This document shows positions 61,356 through 64,000 of a DNA stretch of 64,000 nucleotides, piece after piece. The notes below the pieces were generated by a model, which saw nothing but the letters and a program-made list of their open reading frames with translations, searched no databases and was not told where the DNA came from. The stretch comes from Mobula hypostoma (taxonomy: Eukaryota). The first letter of the stretch is position 1. The number at the start of each line of letters is the position of its first letter. The position numbers and the translations under genes are program-made. Location of the stretch: positions 69,628,001 to 69,692,000 of the forward strand of contig NC_086097.1 of assembly GCF_963921235.1 (NCBI RefSeq), written 5' to 3'.

Positions 61356-62336
61356 CTGAATAATGCAGATGTTAAAGAGAATGATAAACTGAAAAAAAAT
61401 CACAAAACACAATCAAATTTCCAAATAGAGCATGCTGATATACAACAGTAACCCACTAAAGAAGCATTCTGATGTGCAGGTTGTTTTTGGAATCTCACTA
61501 CTACCTAATAGATTGAACTGCATTGTAAATATTGAACCCACTTTCGTTATAATACATGAAGTATACAGAAAATACTTGACCATCTAATTTCTTCCATTTA
61601 GTATCAGTTTTTTAAATTTAAAAAAAACATTCTTGCATCACATGCTACAATGAAGGACGAGATAAAAAAAAATTAAATCCTTAGATGGCAAAATGGTGGA
61701 GAGCATTGGTAATTGACTATGATTTTCTTTTACACAATTGCTCCAAGAAAGTCAAACATATTGTTGTTGGGATGAGGCCATCAGCTGGTCAGAAGGAGCC
61801 GCATGTGTTCAGACTTCATATAAGTATATATAATGGAATTCTATATACAGGAAATACATCCTGCACATTTTGAATACCATCATTCCATATAAGGTGAGGA
61901 ACAGCTGTTGGAATATAAAACCTCTGTGGGTAAAATAGCTGATGTGTAATCACTTTTGGTCATATTCAGAAATGAATGCTTTGCCCGCTGCTCGGGTATG
62001 TGGTTCCTATTACTGGACATCACTACAGGCGACCTCCACATTACAAGAGGGTTGTACTATCAGCAGAAGGTCTGTATCGTAATTTTCCATAATGCAAAGC
62101 AGGACATCTGTGCTTTTGTCAAGAAACAGGAGCTAAAAAAAATTTATTTACATTTTTCCCTCACATAAATTCCATGATAGCAAATTTTATTCCATGCCTT
62201 AAATTTTTGGGTAGTGAATTGTGCAAGAGCATATTTTCATAACCCAAAAAGCTATAATGCAGGGATCGCCTGCATTTGACATGGGTAGTTAAGTGATAGT
62301 TAAGTCAATTACAATTAACTCAAAGCAAAAGGATAC
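61356..62336 (-). other. AP4S1: U12-type (minor spliceosome) GT-AG intron of AP4S1
   Basis: 5' splice site GTATCCTTTT; branch-site-like TTCTCTTTAAC ending about 15 nt upstream of the exon; no polypyrimidine tract. Confidence 0.9.
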
Positions 62337-62348
62337 ATCCAACTCACA
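62337..62348 (-). CDS. AP4S1: AP4S1 12-nt micro-exon (CELD)
   Basis: Minus strand: long polypyrimidine tract ctcttttttttcttttgcag|TGT GAG TTG GAT|gtatcctttt; supplies the conserved sigma-adaptin (C/S)ELD motif in phase 0 before IMFN. Confidence 0.92.
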
Positions 62349-63282
62349 CTGCAAAAGAAAAAAAAGAGGGAGGATTAGAGGAGAAAACATAGAATTTTCT
62401 TTTCTCTTGGTATTTCAACAAACCTACTGTAATTGGAATGGACACTGTGGGCTGTGCAGAACCTGCAGCATGAAGGAGCTGATTGTGGTATCATCATATC
62501 ACCAAAATACACAAACTAATTTCATTACAAATTGAACTTCTTATCAATCACCACTTCTATTTACAGAGGAACTTTGATATAGTACAGCCAAATACATACA
62601 GGAAGCAGCTCCAGAGCCAAAAAAAGATCAGAGGAATAGTAAAAAAAAAACCAATGGATTTCAAGGCTGTTTTTAAAGCTAGAAGAAAAAGTTGGACCAA
62701 GTTTAAGAAGGGAATTCCAAAAGTACAGGACACATGACCTGTAGCTAACAGTAAAATCTAGGAAGTGGCTGCATTAGAATATCAGTTTGGGTGGGTTGTG
62801 GGGGTTGGAGAATATTGAAATAAGATGTATTGCAAAATACAGGGATCGGCTAGCTTCTCAGGATAATGTTCTATCTAGCTCTAAGATAAGGAGTTAATTC
62901 TTCAATTAGAGATTGTGTACTCTTGTAATGCACTACCGCAGAGCTATGGACATTCAAAAGTAGATCCACAGAGTGATGGACACAAAGGGGCAAGGGGACC
63001 ATGAAGGCAAGTGGAAGAGGCAAAAGTTCTTACTGATTGACAGAGAAGGTTCAGGAGTCTGGGGTAGAGATATATACCCCACATATGGGGTAGAGATGGC
63101 TGAGAGGATGTGTGGGTGGGGTGGTGCACTCCTCATACTTATCCTGAGCTGCTGTGTGTACCTGTCAAATGAACTTGAGAATCTTTGAGCCACTCCCAGT
63201 GTTCCTTCTCCACTTTGGGTAGTCACTGAGGATGCTGAACATTTTCACTGGGGCTTTGATTTTTATTTTTAAAAACATTTTA

Positions 63283-63552
63283 ATTTGAGATACAGCATGG
63301 AATAGGCACTTCCAGCCCTTTGAATAGCACCACCCAACAACCCATCAATTTAACCTTTACCCTAGCCTAATCACGGGACAATTTGCAATAGCAATTAACC
63401 TACTAACTGGTACGTCTTTGAAAATTTAGGAGGAAACCCACCTGCCCACAGGGGAAAAGAGTGTACAAATTTGCTTACAGAGGATGGCTGAATTGAATTC
63501 CGACTCCTAGCTGTAATAACGTCATGCTAACCGCTATGGCGCCGTGGTGCCC
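63283..63552 (-). mobile_element. tRNA-derived V-SINE/HE1-like SINE
   Basis: Minus strand ggcaccacggcgccatagcggttagc head; homologous to 885-1131. Confidence 0.7.
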
Positions 63553-63635
63553 CAGTAGCGGGTGAATCTGTTGAATTAATCTATTCCTCTGTCAGACAAG
63601 CTCAGAACAGAGAGTCTGGTGTCAACTGAGTCAGC

Positions 63636-64000
63636 CTCCCAGCTGAATCAGCAGAATGCAATTAGGGAGTCTCCCAGCTGAATCAGCAGAGTGCAATAGG
63701 GGGTCTCCCAGCTGAATCAGCAGAGTGCAAAAGGGGGTCTCCCAGCTGAATCAGCAGAGTGCAAAAGGGGGTCTCCCAGCTGAATCAGCAGAGTGCAATA
63801 GGGGGTCTCCCAGCTGAATCAGCAGAGTGCAATAGGGTGTCTCCCAGATGAATCAGCAGAAAGCAATAGGGTGTCTCCCAACTGAATCAGCAGAGTGCAA
63901 TAGGGGGTCTCCCAGCTGAATCAGCAGAGTGCAATAGGGGGTCTCCCAGCTGAATCAGCAGAGTGCAAAAGGGGTCTCCCAGCTGAATCAGCAGAGTGCA
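63636..64000. repeat. 34-bp minisatellite (ctcccagctgaatcagcagagtgcaa[t/a]agggggt), about 11 copies, runs off the window edge
   Basis: Unit starts at 63636, 63671, 63705, 63739, 63773 and onward. Confidence 0.95.

Noticed and set aside
63636..64000. Regular 34-bp repeats with an internal palindrome resembling a CRISPR array
   Set aside because: Units are directly tandem with no unique spacers, there are no cas genes, and the context is a vertebrate intron.

Overview
Eukaryotic (vertebrate) genomic DNA. The repeat content (HE1/V-SINE-like and Deu-domain SINEs, CR1, Rex1/Babar, Penelope-like, Tc1, L1) points to a cartilaginous fish, probably a ray; this is inference. The + strand carries the last 30 coding exons of HECTD1 (1400-37838; GT-AG junctions with consistent phases; 5799 nt, about 1932 aa, covering the SUN, MIB/HERC2, BTHB and HECT domains). 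About 23 kb of nested-transposon intergenic DNA follows. The convergent 3' end of AP4S1 lies on the - strand: a 12-nt micro-exon (62337-62348) joined to the last exon (61227-61355) by a U12-type minor intron. The most interesting non-coding signal is a family of short, often palindromic, TSD-flanked Penelope-like insertions carrying a minimal type-I hammerhead ribozyme motif (best copy 46554-46589). Also notable: a fold-back Tc1 made of two right ends, a candidate in-frame internal acceptor truncating the MIB/HERC2 domain, and the absence of a 41-aa segment present in human HECTD1. Gene and family names come from my recollection of known sequences, not database searches. TE boundaries are approximate unless a TSD is quoted.
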